A DNA stretch of 64,000 bases from Nymphaea colorata. Lineage: Eukaryota. Below, in pieces: positions 34,801 to 48,367 of this stretch. The translations under genes and the position numbers were made by a program. Positions within the stretch are counted from its first letter, which is position 1, and each line of letters starts with the position of its first letter. The notes beneath the pieces were generated by a model. That model had not been told where the DNA came from and ran no database searches. It was given only the letters and a program-made list of their open reading frames with translations. Location of the stretch: assembly GCF_008831285.2 (NCBI RefSeq), contig NC_045138.2, forward strand, positions 20,584,001-20,648,000. The letters run 5' to 3'.

Positions 34801-37641
34801 AAAAGAAACATAAGGAAGACAAATCAAGCTGCTTCTTTTGTAAGGATGAAGGTCATATAAAGAAGGATTGTACTAAGTATCACGCATGGCGTGAAAAGAA
34901 AGGTACGATTTTTACTTTGGTTTGTTCTGAGGTTAATTTAATTTCAGTAACAAGGCACTTGTGGGTAGATTCAGTTGCTACTACTCACATAAGTGTTTCC
35001 GTGCATGGCTGCCTAAATTGTCGGACGCCAATTGCTGCTGAAAGATTCATCTATGAGGGCGATGACATGAAGGCGAAGATTGAAGCCATAGCAGATTTTT
35101 GAGTTATTGTTAAAGACTGGTTGTTATTTGAATTTGATAGAAACTTATGTAATACCGCCTTTTAGACGGAATTTGGTTGTTATTTTCTTACTGAACAAAT
35201 TTGGTTATTATTGTTTATTTGGAGGAAGTAAATTTACGTTGTTTCTGCACTCAAATTTGATTGCCAGTGGTTCTTTGTCTAGTAGCGATAACCTTTATTT
35301 GCTTGATACGGTTGCTTCATATAATGAAACCTTGCGTGTTACGTTTAGTGGTACTAAAAGAAAATTAGTCAAAGAGAATTCTGCTATGTTATGGCATTGG
35401 CGCTTAGGACATATCTTTGAAAATAGAATATAAAGGCTTATGTCAAAAAGAATTCTTGAGTTCCTTGATTTTGCAGACTTTAATGTTTGCATTGAATGCA
35501 TAAAGGGAAAATGAACAAACATTATGGGGTTATAAGTTTTTATAATTCATCCAGTAAGTTTTTCTTTTAAACGGCAAACACTCATTTCTTTGAGGATATT
35601 GAGTTTGGGAGGTGATCAGGTTATGAACATTGCCTTTGAATAGGGACCTGAGTCCACTCTATTCAGAAGAAGGCAATGATGTCGATCTCCATACTGAAGA
35701 ACAAACTCAACAACCTCAAGAAAATTAAGTTGAAGTGTCACTAAGGAAATCCATATATGGACTAAAGCACGTTTTGCAGTCATTACAAACTTCATCAAGT
35801 TATAGTTTCATTTGGTTTCGAAACTAATATGGTTGATGAATGTGTATACCAAAAGTTCAGTAGGGGCAAATTTATCTTTCTGGTTTTATATGTCATTGAT
35901 ATATTGCTAGCAAGTAATGATGTAGGCATATTGCATGAAACTAAGAATTTCTTGTCAACAAAGTTTGACATGAAGGATCTTGGTTGTGCATCTTTTGTAT
36001 TAGGGATCCAAATATTTCGAGATCGTTTTCGGGGTATTCTTTGGATTATCACAAAAGGCCTACATTAATAAGGTGTTTCACTGATATGACATGAAAAGTT
36101 GTAAACCAGAAAATACTCCACTTACTAAAGGAGACAAGTTTAGTCTCAAACAGTGCCCTAAAAGTGAAATCGAATCTAAGGAAATTGAAAGGATTCCCTA
36201 TTCGTCTGTTGTGGGAAGCCTTATGTATGCTCAGGTTTGTACTCGTTTGGATATTGCATTTATCATCAGAATGTTAGGCAGATACTTAAGTGATCCTGGT
36301 ATGGATCATTGGGAAGCAGCCAAAAGGGTATTGAGGTACTTACAAAGAACAAAATGTTTTATGCTCACATACAAGAAGTCAGACCAGTAGGAAATCATTG
36401 GGTATTCAAATTCTGACTTTACTGGGTGCCAAGACAGTAGCATAGCATGTTACGAGGCATCCAATCAAGTTTTATAATTGCGGAATTTTGTCACGGGGCT
36501 GCGCATTATGTATAGTGTAGAAAGACCACTAAGGTTATTGTGTGACAATAATTTAGCAGTCATGTACTTTAATAACAGCCACAGTTTGTCAAAGTCGAAA
36601 CATTAAGTTTTTGGGTTGTTAAAGAGATGATACAGAATGGTCAGGTGTTTAGAGCATATTGGGACAAACTCCATGATTACGGATCTGTTTACCAAGGGTT
36701 TAACACATAAGGTCTTTCATGAAAATGTTGTTCGTATGGGGGTGTTATCCTTGGACGATGTGCAGGTTTAGTAGGAGTTTGTATTTTGTTTGCTCTTATG
36801 TATGGACACATATTCAGTTTTCTGCAGAATAAAATTTAAAGTTCTTTGGTTCCATTCTGTGTTTATGTTTTGATCTCCATAAGGTTTTAAAGTTGGACCA
36901 GTTGAAAATAGACATATTGTAATCACATTACATGTAATTCTCATGCTATACATCCATATCAGATCTATGTCATTGATTGTGTTAACATTTATGATCATTG
37001 AAGGTTTAGCTAATTTTAGTATAGCGAAAGTCGCGTTGGTTCTGTGTTGATATGGTCATGGACGAGATTGGTGAAAATGACATTTTAATAAGATAGCAAT
37101 TATGAGCTCCTAAGGTTTTGTGTAATGTCTGAATGTATAAAGTCATATTTGGTCCAAGTGGGAGATTGTAAGATCATTTGGTGGGCCGACATATGTCTAT
37201 GAAGAATTTTAGACATTATGACTGTTTTAAAATAAATATCCGCTTAAGTGATTGCATTTTGGGATATTACGTCATTTTAGATGGTATGGGGTAATTTTGA
37301 AATGTATAGATAACAGTACGTAATTACGGACTCTTTGATGGGTGGAATTCGTAATTGTCCTCATTATAAAATGGTAGTGGTCCATGGGGTCGTGCAATGG
37401 TTGCCTGAAACGTTGGTTTTTAGGGTTTTCCTCTTCTCCATCTGAGAGAGACCTCAAGCGCGCCGCACGTACCCTAGAAGACTCTACTGCGATCTTCCTG
37501 TGCACCAGTTCAAATGCATTTAGGTACGCTTCCACTTTAGTTTAAAGTTTTGTTTATTTCAATAATTTAGCATGAGCATGATCCTGTTTTAAGATATATA
37601 TATTTGGTTTTGTATATGGAAGAAAGGGAGAAATCCCTACA
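31851..37641 (+). mobile_element. Ty1/Copia LTR retrotransposon, internally deleted and non-autonomous
   Basis: 5' LTR 31851-32325 and 3' LTR 37167-37641 (475 bp, TG...CA). PBS TGGTATTAGAGCC (32328-32340, tRNA-iMet type), PPT AAGTGGGAGA, TSD GAACC/AAACC. Gag (WERSNRMCLMIMK, zinc knuckle CFFCKDEGHIKKDC), protease (WVDSVATTH), GAG-pre-integrase (LWHWRLGH), RT (LVLYVIDIL, YSSVVGSLMYAQVCTR) and RNase H remnants. Integrase core missing; stops and frameshifts. Confidence 0.95.
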
Positions 37642-38059
37642 AAACCATCACAGGGATGCGCCTAGACCCCCGGCCATCTTTTGGGACAAATGAAACCATA
37701 GTTCAATCTGCTTGTGTTTAAGGAGGAAGTTTAAGAAAACGATGTTCCCTATGCCAGCAGCTTGCGTTGGAAAGGGCAAATATGATGATTAAATACTTTT
37801 ATATACATAAAATAATCGAAAGAATCAATCCTACAACTTAAATGATAGATCGTAAAGAATCAATCTAAATGATAGATCGTTCTTTATAAAATATTTAAAG
37901 AAAGAGCTGTCTTTATTCATGTCTGTTTTTGGATTTTGAAACACCCATGATTTGACAGAGGAAGCTTACGAAAACACAAAAGGCTTATCAAGAATTTTCC
38001 CTTTACAAACCCACCATTCAACTACGGTACCCTTGCCCTCTCTTGCTCGCTTCCTGTAA

Positions 38060-38980
38060 ATGGCGTCCGAGAAGAAAGCCATGAAGATCATCACCGGAGC
38101 GGACGACTTCGGTTGCAAGCTCAAGGATGCCGTTGTCGCCCATCTCCGTTCCAAAGGCATCGACGTCGAGGACCTCGGCACCGGCAAGTATTACTCCGTT
38201 GGCGAGGAGATCGGCCGCCGCGTCAGCCTCGCCCACTCCTCCGGCAACGACGGCACGGAGACCCGCGGCATCCTCGCTTGTGGCACTGGCGTCGGCGTCT
38301 CCATCTTTGCCAACAAGTTCCCTGGCGTCTATGCCGCCACCTGCGGCACCATCGATGAGGCCGTCAACTGCCGCTCCATCAATGACTCCAACGTGCTTTC
38401 CCTCAGCGGAATGTTCACTCCGCCGGAGCTGGCCCAGGGGATCGTCGACGCCTGGCTCGATACTCCATTCAAGTCTCCCTGCCGGGCGAGCGGTGGCGTC
38501 GCCTGGCCGGGCGAGATCGACACCTTTCTGAGTAACTCCCTGTCCGAGATGTCGAAGATCCCTGGCGCGAGCTCCGCTGGAGGCCCAGGGGGCTCCTGCG
38601 CCATCTGCTCGTTGAGGGAAGGTCGAGAGTTTGAACCCGTGGCGATCATGCCCGGTGGGAGCATGAAGATTGTCCGGCAGAGCCCCACAGCTGCCATTGT
38701 GAGGTTCGCGGCCGGCAGCCTCGAGCCGGCCCACCACCATACGTTCGGCCACGACCTCGTGGTATTGAGCGGCAGGAAGAAGGTGTGGAACCTGAGCAAG
38801 AAGGAGAGCTACGAGCTGGGGCCTGGAGATTACCTCTACACCCCGGCGCCGGATGTTCACAGGGTCCAATACTTCACTGACACGGAGTTCTTCATCAGGT
38901 GGGATGGCGATTGGGATATCTTCATTGATGAAGATCTTGCCGCCGCTGCCGCCGCCACTAAGGGGAGCTCAGATCCGTAG
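38060..38980 (+). CDS. DRT102: DNA damage-repair/toleration protein DRT102 (RpiB/LacAB domain + C-terminal cupin), intronless, 306 aa
   Basis: MKIITGADDFGCKLKD...RGILACGTGVGVSIFANKFPGVYAA...CRSINDSNVLSLSG (RpiB fold), then PAHHHTFGHDLVV...GDYLYTPAPDVHRV (cupin). GC-rich uninterrupted ORF. Confidence 0.93.
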   Translation: MASEKKAMKIITGADDFGCKLKDAVVAHLRSKGIDVEDLGTGKYYSVGEEIGRRVSLAHSSGNDGTETRGILACGTGVGVSIFANKFPGVYAATCGTIDEAVNCRSINDSNVLSLSGMFTPPELAQGIVDAWLDTPFKSPCRASGGVAWPGEIDTFLSNSLSEMSKIPGASSAGGPGGSCAICSLREGREFEPVAIMPGGSMKIVRQSPTAAIVRFAAGSLEPAHHHTFGHDLVVLSGRKKVWNLSKKESYELGPGDYLYTPAPDVHRVQYFTDTEFFIRWDGDWDIFIDEDLAAAAAATKGSSDP

Positions 38981-39011
38981 GACGGAATACTTTGGTCGGG
39001 GACCAGCGATG

Positions 39012-39196
39012 GATGGTGGTGCTCCCAGGTGGCTGTCTTGCAGTCTTCTTCTCTGCTTCGCTTTGTGTTTAGGCTTTGATTAGACTACCATAGTATGTAT
39101 ATGCGATGGTGGTGCTCCCAGTTGGCTGTCTTGCAGTCTTCTTCTCTGCTTCGCTTTGTGTTCAGGCTTTCGTTAGTAATACCATAGTATGTATAC
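39012..39196. repeat. ~92-bp tandem duplication in the DRT102 3' UTR
   Basis: GATGGTGGTGCTCCCAG.TGGCTGTCTTGCAGTCTTCTTCTCTGCTTCGCTTTGTGTT...ACCATAGTATGTATA at ~39012 and ~39105. Confidence 0.9.
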
Positions 39197-40806
39197 GCTT
39201 GTATAAGAGACTTGAGTGTTCCAATGTCTTCCTCTTTGCAAATAAAATTTGGAACTTCCCCTCTTGCTGTAGTGGTTGTGACGGATAGGCGATTTTTCTG
39301 CTGTTTATGTCATTAAGACTGTCTGTAGTTCGAGCACAGGAAATGCAATTGCTTGCTCGCTTATCTAGGTGAGTGAGCATATCTTCTATGAATACAATTC
39401 ATGATACTCTGAAATGCAGGCAACCTAATTCTTGTTCAGCCAAATCATTGTGCAACAGTCCCTTTTTAAATTCAATACTAAGCATGAGTTTACCTGTCTG
39501 GTGCTGTGTTTAGTTATGAATTAGGTGGGTTTTCCTTCTTTTTTTTCTGGGGGGGTTTGAACTGTTCAGAACAAGTACATTAGTCCTAGTCCATGGAGTC
39601 ATGTATGTGCAGTCATGTAATTGATAAGTAAATCTGGTCTTCTTCACGCGGAATGTGGACAAAGCCTTTGCAAACAATCCAACTTTCGGGCATCAGAGTC
39701 CATGAATGGAGATGGTTATTGGGAAGAATTCATTGAATTCATCATCTTAGCTGATAACAAATTAAAACTTGCTCTTGTATGGAAATTAAAAGTTGCTTCT
39801 GTCACCTAGGAGGACCTTCATCATTATATAAGGTGTTCCTGAAGTAGAAATAGGACAATCTGATCCTCAATATAAGGACTTCCATTTCTGCTACAAAACA
39901 GTGTATTTCATTGCTTTCAATTCCCAGAAGGTAGTCACTACCTGAGCGATAAAAAGTGTATTTTGACCATTAGCTGAATAAGCGCATCTAACATTTTGAT
40001 CTATTTGATTGTTCTAACAGAAAAAGAGAAGATTGAGCTGTAAATCTTCTCTAAAAGAGCAGATAAGATATCTGAGCAGATAAAGTATCCCAACCACATC
40101 AGCATCTTGGTAATGCAGGAGCAAGAAAAGAATTAGAAATAGAAAATGGCTCTCTATTTCCTTGTACAATTATGAATCTTTGTGTCCTGAGGATGGTTTT
40201 ACGGGCGCCCGGTTTGTTATGTGTTAATCTAAGTGGCTTATGTTTGTAAGGAGAATTCAGTTGCTAAGTTCCATTGGAATTAACAGAATAGTGTGTGAAG
40301 CCCCCTAATTTCAGTGGGTAAACATTCAGTGACTGTATTATGGGACTTGAACCAGACTACCGCATGAACAGCTTCTACACTTGTTGAGGACCTTTCTGCA
40401 ACTGCAAGTTGGTGGATCCACCTTGTAATGTATGAAAGTCTGAATTTACAAGCACACTCATATAAGATGGTTCATAAAAATGCATCTCGAAACATAAATC
40501 TACTAGTTTTAGGATGACAGCGCTGAGCAGTAACTAGAAGCTCCGAAGCCAAGCAATGTTGTATGATTATGGATTCAGGAAGTTGGCAGCGAAGATGAAG
40601 GTGATATTGTGGAACATGCCTGCTCGTAGTAGAAGGCATTGGGCAGCTTTATCTAGACTTTGATAGGTAATTAATTCAATCAGCCAATGTCAATTCCTGA
40701 TTTTGTGAATGTGAATGGCTGTCAAGTTTTCATCGGCCGTACAAAGAGATATTAGTTCATCTTCTCCTTGCTCAATGTTCTATCCAGTCATTGGTGTCTC
40801 TTTAAC

Positions 40807-41639
40807 CAGTGCTTAAACTCGCCGAGTCAACTAGTTGATTTGGTTGACTCTGTTTGGCTCAGTCCTCTATTGGGTCGACCCAATAGGGGGGGACTTATTT
40901 TTTTGTTGGAACTCGGCATGAATGGGCCATGACTCGGCTTTTCTTGGGTATGGCTCGGTTTGGCTCTGCCAAAGCCCTGTTGACTCGGTGTAGTTCAGTG
41001 ATAAATTTTTTGTATTTTGTAATTGGCAATTTGATTTGTTTTGTAATTACTTAATGACCTACTTTTTGACTTGAATCTTCAAACTTATTGAAATATAAGA
41101 ATTTAGTAAATTTTCATATTGCAAATGAAAACTTAAAGCTAATTAGGCTTTACTTCTTGTAAGGTGTATTTATTTGAATTTTTAGGACATTGTATTCTTT
41201 ACTTTTGGACTTTTAGTTTTACATAATATTAACATACATGTCGAGCCTGTTAACCGTAAATAGTTGCAAATGTTGAATATAGTAATCTTAGTGTTGGTCT
41301 TCATCGACTTGTTTTTCATTGATAAGTTGACTCTTGCCACATTTTTTTTGAAATATACAATTATAGAGTAGGAACATTAGGTTAACTGTCCAATTTCTTG
41401 TTATCAAAAAAAAAAAAGAAAATGTAACTTAATTATTATTTGATGGTATGAATTATATATGTCAAGTCATTTCACAACTTTTTTTTTATGTTTAGATGAC
41501 AACTTATATGTTGTTTTTCTTTCTTTTAAAAACAATAGTTAACGAAATCTATCTAGTCCGAGTCACCAAAGTTAACCCACCGCACGAGGAGTGAACAATA
41601 AACGAGTCGAGTCCTGAGTCACCAGATTTTAAAACATTA
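40807..41639. mobile_element. Non-autonomous hAT-like element
   Basis: Degenerate TIRs CAGTGCTTAAA / TTTTAAAACATTA, GACTCG/CGAGTC subterminal repeats, 8-bp TSD TCTTTAAC / TCTTTAGC (7/8). Confidence 0.65.
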
Positions 41640-42299
41640 TCTTTAGCGTGTGACTCTTTCTCTCTCCCCACAAGGTAAAACCAGATTCTTTCTTCCATGT
41701 CTCACAAGCATCAGCCGCAAAAAAGATATGGATTGTGTGGATCACTCTTCATCGTGAGATCCAACGGTTCATGAGCGTTGCCTGGTGACTAAGCTAAAAA
41801 AGGGTAGCGAGAGAATACTACTGGCATGTCCGAACTACCCTCCATCTTAGAAGTGGAAGATAGAAGAAAGGCATCGGTGATTCTAGCAAAATCACCGACA
41901 AATCACATTCTTAGGTTGATCTGACATGTGAGACTCGTCGAACCACTTTAACTAAAAAGTATCAGGTAACGGATGCTGAAAAGGAGCAATCTATTGTTTA
42001 TATTATGTGACTTCTATCAAGAGAATGCATGGTAAAGACGTTAGATATCTATCAAAAAATGTGTTTTCTATACAAAATGTGTGTTGGGTGCGGGGGCTGA
42101 TGGAGTGCAAAAGTGGCAATTTTTACAAATAAATTTGGTGTAGGTGCAACGAATATATATATATAATTTCATTTGTAATATAGTTCTTCAACTACTTAGT
42201 AGTCTTATTATTTATTTATATTTATATATAAACTTTTTTTATTAAAGATAGTTTAGTTATATATATATATATATATATATATTTAAAACAGTAAGTTTT

Positions 42300-42830
42300 G
42301 ATTAAGGTTGGGCCGGTGGGATAGCCCGATTCAGCCCAGGCTTGAACCCAAAAAAAAATCACCGAGCCAACTCGATAACTTATTGGGCCGGTCCAAGTGG
42401 GCCTGAATATGTCCGGTTCATCTCAATAAGACTTTTGTAATATATATTTTATTGATTTATATATATAATTATAATATTTTATTGTGATTAATTATAGTTA
42501 TATATTATTTTAAATTAAAATATATTTTTAAATTTAATTTAGCCTGGCTTGGACTTGGGTTATAGGTGTCGGGCTAAACCTGGGCTCGAGTTTTTAGTGT
42601 CGGGTCGGCTCGATGCTCGGGCTTAATTTTGACTAGTTAGACAAATCAAATGTGTTAGAAAAGCACTAGTATGGCTAAGCACCGGGCCCGGCTGGGCCGT
42701 CACCGGGCACCGGACAGCCCGTTAATTTACGGGCTACCCCATTTGGGTGTCGGGTCGAGCCCAGTATGACTTTTGAGTGTCGGGCAGCCCGGCTCCTTGT
42801 TGGGTCAAACCAACTCGATGTCCAGGCTTA
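42300..42830. mobile_element. Cluster of degenerate hAT-MITE-like sequences
   Basis: GGGCCG/GCCCG/TCGGG repeats flank AT-rich cores, similar to the MITE at 13564. Boundaries not resolved. Confidence 0.5.
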
Positions 42831-43523
42831 ATGGCGGACCAGCATCGATGGGTGCGAAAGCTATTTAAAACCACACGTAGTGTAATTTTGACTGCTCACG
42901 GAATCCGTTCGACACCAAGGATGCCACTTTCTGTATGGCACGCAGCAGCAATTTAAATTAGTCCTCAGAATATGGTTTGCTTCACTTCAGCATCATCCGT
43001 GCAGAAAAAAGGAGGTGCAAAACTTCCACTTTGCGGTAATAAAAAGTGCTTGGAGTGAGAATAGAACACAACGACAACCCAGAAAGAAATCGCTTCATCC
43101 CAAATTAACAAGAGCAGCCAAGATGCTAATGCTTTATTCCCCTTCCTCCTATCCTCCCTTGACCCCCAAGAAACATACCCCTTCCTGAACAAGATTCATT
43201 TTGCTCTTTATATGGGGCCAGCTCTCTTCTCTTCCCTTTCTAGAGTCCCCAAGCTCATCATCTTCCTGAAAGGCCAAAACAACAGGTACACTACCCCACC
43301 ATGAATTGAGAGGACCCCTCAAGCCATTCCCTCTCTTTCTTGTAGGTAAAGTTTCAACTGTGGGTCCATCCATTTCTTCCCCATGTCAACCAAGTCCAAC
43401 TCTTCTTTTCACTTTGTTTTCTGATTGAAAATAGAGAGTGTGTGCGTGTGCTATATATACACACCTTTTCCTTTGTATATTGGCAACTTAACAGGTAGTT
43501 GTGCTTGGAAGTCCCAAAGAGCT

Positions 43524-46500
43524 ATGGTGACGATGGGGGAGAAGAAGATGGGGAGGTTCGTCGGGCTCACTGCAGTAGTGGTCTTTGTGGTGTTCTGCAA
43601 CTTTGCCGCATTTCAGTTTCCCGTCTGCCTTGCTGGGAGAAGCGGCGGATTTACCGGCGGCGTCGGACGCCGTGGCAGCTCGTCTACCTCCCTCGTATTG
43701 CCTATCAGAGGCAGCGTCTATCCTGAAGGGTAACCTCTCTTTCACTCTCTCGATCAATGCTTAAATTCGGGGTCGTTAACTCGCTGTGACAGAGAAATTA
43801 GAAATTCCGTATGCTTGGTGACGAATCTTCTCGAAACTAGTGAATTCATGCAATGAACTGAACATCTCGAGTTACGTGCCACACAGCAACCCCTGTTAAT
43901 GTCATCTCTGCGATTTCCTAAAGAATGGCTCCGTATCAGTATCTTTGCTTTTCTGTAAGCGGTCTACTACCCTCTTTGGATGATACCAATTTGTGAATGG
44001 TTTTATAAAATCTAAGTTTTTTAAACTTGGTTTAGTTACTGGGGGATACCCAAATCTAGTTTTTGTCTTTTTAATAGTTTTACTCTGTCATATAAAATCA
44101 TGTTTTGGTTTTGGATTTTCTAACTCAGTTTTGACAGCACCCAACACTCCAAAAACTTAGTTTTAAAAGAAAAACTTGGTTTTGCATCAAACATTTGGTT
44201 TTGAAGTGTCATTCAGACGCGGTTCTCTAGAAAACGAATAAACAAATGGTTTTAAAGCAGTCCGGCGTGGCTCTTGTCTTGCTGTCCATATCCAAGAAAA
44301 GGAATGAAAAAAAGAAGTAGCCAATTGAAAATGGCCCATTCCTTAATGTGAAAATGGTGATCGTTGAAATGAAAAGAGCCAATTGCAGATGCAACGGTGA
44401 TTTCAGGACCCACCTTATCAGCAACCTTTCTGCAGGTTCGAGGGAAACAGGGTGGTTTCTGGGCGACGCCATTGTTAACCAAATGAAAGATTTGTATTTG
44501 CAGGTTGTTTTACGTGACACTGTGGGTTGGGTCGCCCCCTAGGCCATATTACCTTGACGTGGACACAGGCAGCGACTTCACGTGGATCCAATGCGACGCC
44601 CCTTGCGTCAGCTGTTCTCAGGTAACTACTCTAAGCAGAGCTTAGATGGGCAAGAAAAATACTGTGCGACAAGTTTTATGAGTCTACCATTTTTCCCACG
44701 CTACCAAACACAGAAGAATTTTCTCTGCCAAATTAAGCGGATCTGGATAAACAATTCTCGGAAAAACAAGTCAGGGGCACAAAGGTTGAAAAGACAAGAG
44801 AGTGAGGTGAGGGTCATTTTCGTCTTTTTGAGAAAAAAAAAAGGTGGTTTCCCTTCCTCCGGAAAAACTCTGCTGGGGGATAGACCCCTGCTTGGTAGAA
44901 GAATATTTTTTTCCTTTTTTTTTGTGGGGGTTCTTGTCCTTGCAGGGGAAAAGAATACTTTTTCCCTTCTTTTCAGTTTTGGCCTCTTAGGGGGAAGGGT
45001 GTGCAACCCAGTGTTATGAAAATCGGCCCAATATCTGAAATGTTGATTTAAAGATGCCTAATGTCGCTTGCCAAAGATTATTTTGATACATTTTCAATTT
45101 TTTATCTTTAAAGTTTTTTATATGTTTATTTTAATTATTTTAAGGACAATTATTCTTTTAATATATTTGGCCAATTCACCTAAATTGGCGATGGTCTTGG
45201 TCTCACCGATTCGGCTGCTGAATCTATTTTAATAACACCACTTCAAACGATTCTTTTAGTACCTCCCAAAAAAATAGCATATCATGTGCTATTGTAATTG
45301 TACAAAAAGTAGGCAATTGCACGTCAAAAGTTGAAATTTTAAGCTTCCTTCTACTTTTGCCGTATAAATGTGAATTTTATAGTTTAAAAGCCTGCAAATT
45401 TACTCTTGGATGGGTCTTGGCTCTTTCTAGATAAGTGAATACGACTTTATAAGGAGTGAAAGGTTCTTTAACGTTTTCCAACTTTCCAAGTTCAGTAACC
45501 TTATTTAGAAGAACGAATAATTGGGCATAAGATTGAACTTAAGAGCTTCAAACTATTGTGATTTCATCCGTAGGGTTCAAGTTCTTGTGGAACGTCAGTC
45601 ATTTTCATAGTCACCAACAAAAGAAGTTGGGAATTCCATTGCAACTTACATACTACTTTTCCCACTTCATGGTGAGCAGTTGAACTCCAATGTCAGAAAA
45701 AGTCCAACGCAAATTTGGCTATTTGAGCAAACAAAGCTTGACCTAGTTTATGGGAGAGTTCTTCTAAAAGAAAGAAAGTAGAACCATGCCAAATTTGATA
45801 AGTTGGTTCTCTGTTTGCTCCTCTTTGTTATTTTTCTTTGCAGACAAAGATTTCACCAATGCAAGGAAACTTTAGTTGTCCTTTTGGTGGCATAAAGCCC
45901 GATGTTGATACTTTCACCCCCAGTGGTGGAACCATAAAATTTTGGCTCCAAGGTGCTGATGTCTCGATGGCTTAGTGGGTTGGGTGTAGGGGTGTACAAG
46001 GAGTCGACCTGGGCTCAACTAGAACTCAATTCATTTATAATCGAGTCGAGCCCGGGTTTAAAGTTATGCTTGAAATGTTAAACAAGTTGAGTTCGAGTTG
46101 TAAGAACCAGCTTGTTTAAATTCCGCTCAGCTTGACTACATAGATGCATCATGAATGAGAGATTTCTGTTGCTAAGTTTTTCATTATGGGATACTTAGAT
46201 GCAGAATATGTGTACTATTTCTTGGTAGTTTATAGTTGAATTTGTTAAAAGAACCCAGTTAACTAAGTTAAAAGAAACAACATGGATTCAGTTACTAGAA
46301 ACAAGTTAAACTAGTTGAGCTTGAGCTCGACATTGTATCGTAGAGTTGAGCTCGAGCTCAACCTATTGCATGGAGCAGGACACTCTGCTCGTGTGCAGCC
46401 CTAGTTGGGTGCCTGGACGACACTGGTTGGGTCTATTATGGGTACTACACATGTTTGGAGCCTAGTCCAGCTCCACACCAAGATCCACATAGCTCCAATA

Positions 46501-48367
46501 CCACTCGCCCCACGGACTATGCTTGCTTTAGCTTGTGGAGTGAATGGCTTTCATGGAAGTTGAACTCCAACAGATTTCGTGTTAGCCATGGCTCTACCCA
46601 CTATGCTAAGCCCTTCCATCTCATCTTATTAAAGGTGGATTTATCGGGATATGTTTCAGGGACCACATCATCCATACAAGCCAAAGAAGATGAACCTTGT
46701 TAGTTGCAATGATCCCCAATGTGTTGCATTGGGCTCGCTGAGAAGGTTCAAATGTGAAAGTCCCAGCCAGCAATGTCATTACCAGATCCAATACATCGAT
46801 CTCAGTTCATCATCGGGTGTTCTTGTCAGGGATGCGCTCTACCTTCATGCAGCCAATGGATCAATGCTTCAAACCTCTCTTGCTTTCGGGTAACTGTTTT
46901 TGTAGGAGATTGCACATGTTTTGAGGTTTTGATCACAAGGTGTGAACTTACATAACGTGCTCATGAACTTTTAACTGTTTCGCGACCATTCAAAAGCTGC
47001 GGCTATGATCAACAGAGCCCTCAGCCAACCCCTGTATCCGCAACAGACGGACTCATGGGCCTTGGCAATGGGAAATCCAGCATCAGCTCTCAATTGAAGG
47101 AACAAGGACTAGTCAGGAACGTAATTGGCCATTGCATCAGTGGACAAGGTGGTGTAGGGTACCTCTTCTTCGGCGATGAACTTGTACCTTCAACTGGTGT
47201 TACATGGATACCAATGCACAGGAATCCTGCACAGTAAGCACACATACCAATCATGAAACTAGATAAAGAGCTACTTGAATTGCCTAAGGATCGGAGTTCT
47301 TTTTCTTTTCAGACAAAGGAACTTGGATCATTCGTCTTATATAGACCGAACTTGAGTAAAGGTCTAATTTATGCATGAAAGATGTCATGTTTGTCTTTTG
47401 TTGTTCCGTATCAGGAAGTATTCGCCTGGGCCTGCAAATTTGATATTCGGAAAACAGAAGATTAAAGATCTCATGACCGTATTTGACAGCGGAAGCTCCT
47501 ACACCTACTTCACTTCTCGTCCTTATCAAGCTTTAGTCTCTGCAGTAAGTCACAATCATGGCACATTATTTGTTAATTTTTTTTTCTTTTTTCCATGATA
47601 ATCTCTGTATATGCTTAATGCTAATTTCCAGATAAGCAAAGATTTAGCAAACAAGCCAATCAGAGAAACGTCTCAAGATATCACATTACCCCTGTGTTGG
47701 CAAGGACCAAAGGCATTCACATCTTTTTCTGATGTCAAGAACTATTTTAAGTCATTCACACTGGACTTCAAGAGCAGCAGGAAGGCACGGCTCGAAATAC
47801 CACCAGAAAATTATTTGATCATTACTGTAAGCATCTCCATCAACAGAATTGTTGATCCCATCTTCCAAATTCACCTTTCTTCGTTTACCTTTAAACTCGT
47901 AGTAAAATGTGCAATCCTTGCTCGTGCAGTCACAGGGCAATGTTTGCTTGGGCATCTTGAACGGCACCGAAGTTGGTCTGAGAGATTTCAATCTCATAGG
48001 AGGTACAATTGTCTGTTAAGATATTCTATTTTCACAATTGTTAATGACGGTGGACTCCTGACGCTTGAGCTTCAATTGTAAAATTGCAGACATCTTTATG
48101 CAGTCATATATGATAATATATGACAATGAAAAGCATCAGATTGGTTGGACTCCTGCAACCTGCAATAGACTTCCCAGGTAGGGAATTTATCCTCGATGTT
48201 ATGTTCACACGGTTAGCATTCATCAGCTGTAGACAAAATTCTGAAGTGCATCTGTTTCCAGCAACAGAGGCTCCACTGAAGGTGCGGCAGTCAACATGAA
48301 TATCTTAGCAAATAGAGGCACCCCGTGCTCTGCAACTTACCCGCCGGGAACAGCTGAGTGCAGCTAG
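43524..48367 (+). CDS. Aspartic proteinase Asp1/nucellin-like, copy 2; exons 43524-43729, 44504-44621, 46660-46889, 46997-47233, 47415-47544, 47632-47826, 47930-48002, 48090-48177, 48262-48367
   Basis: Hydrophobic N-terminus, GSVYPEG, LDVDTGSDFTWIQCDAPC, VFDSGSSYTY, NVCLGILNG, YDNEKHQIGWTPATC. Same intron positions as copy 1. Confidence 0.93.
45987..46403. mobile_element. hAT-type MITE in intron 2 of Asp1 copy 2
   Basis: TIRs TAGGGGTGTACA / TGTGCAGCCCTA, GAGCTCGAG subterminal repeats, perfect 8-bp TSD GTTGGGTG (45979-45986 and 46404-46411). Confidence 0.85.

Noticed and set aside
38018..38869. 283-aa antisense ORF and other alternative frames over DRT102
   Set aside because: Expected shadow ORFs of a high-GC3 coding sequence.
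38060..38980. Recent bacterial transfer or contamination suggested by an intronless GC-rich RpiB gene
   Set aside because: The RpiB-cupin architecture is that of the known plant gene DRT102, and it is embedded in continuous plant sequence.
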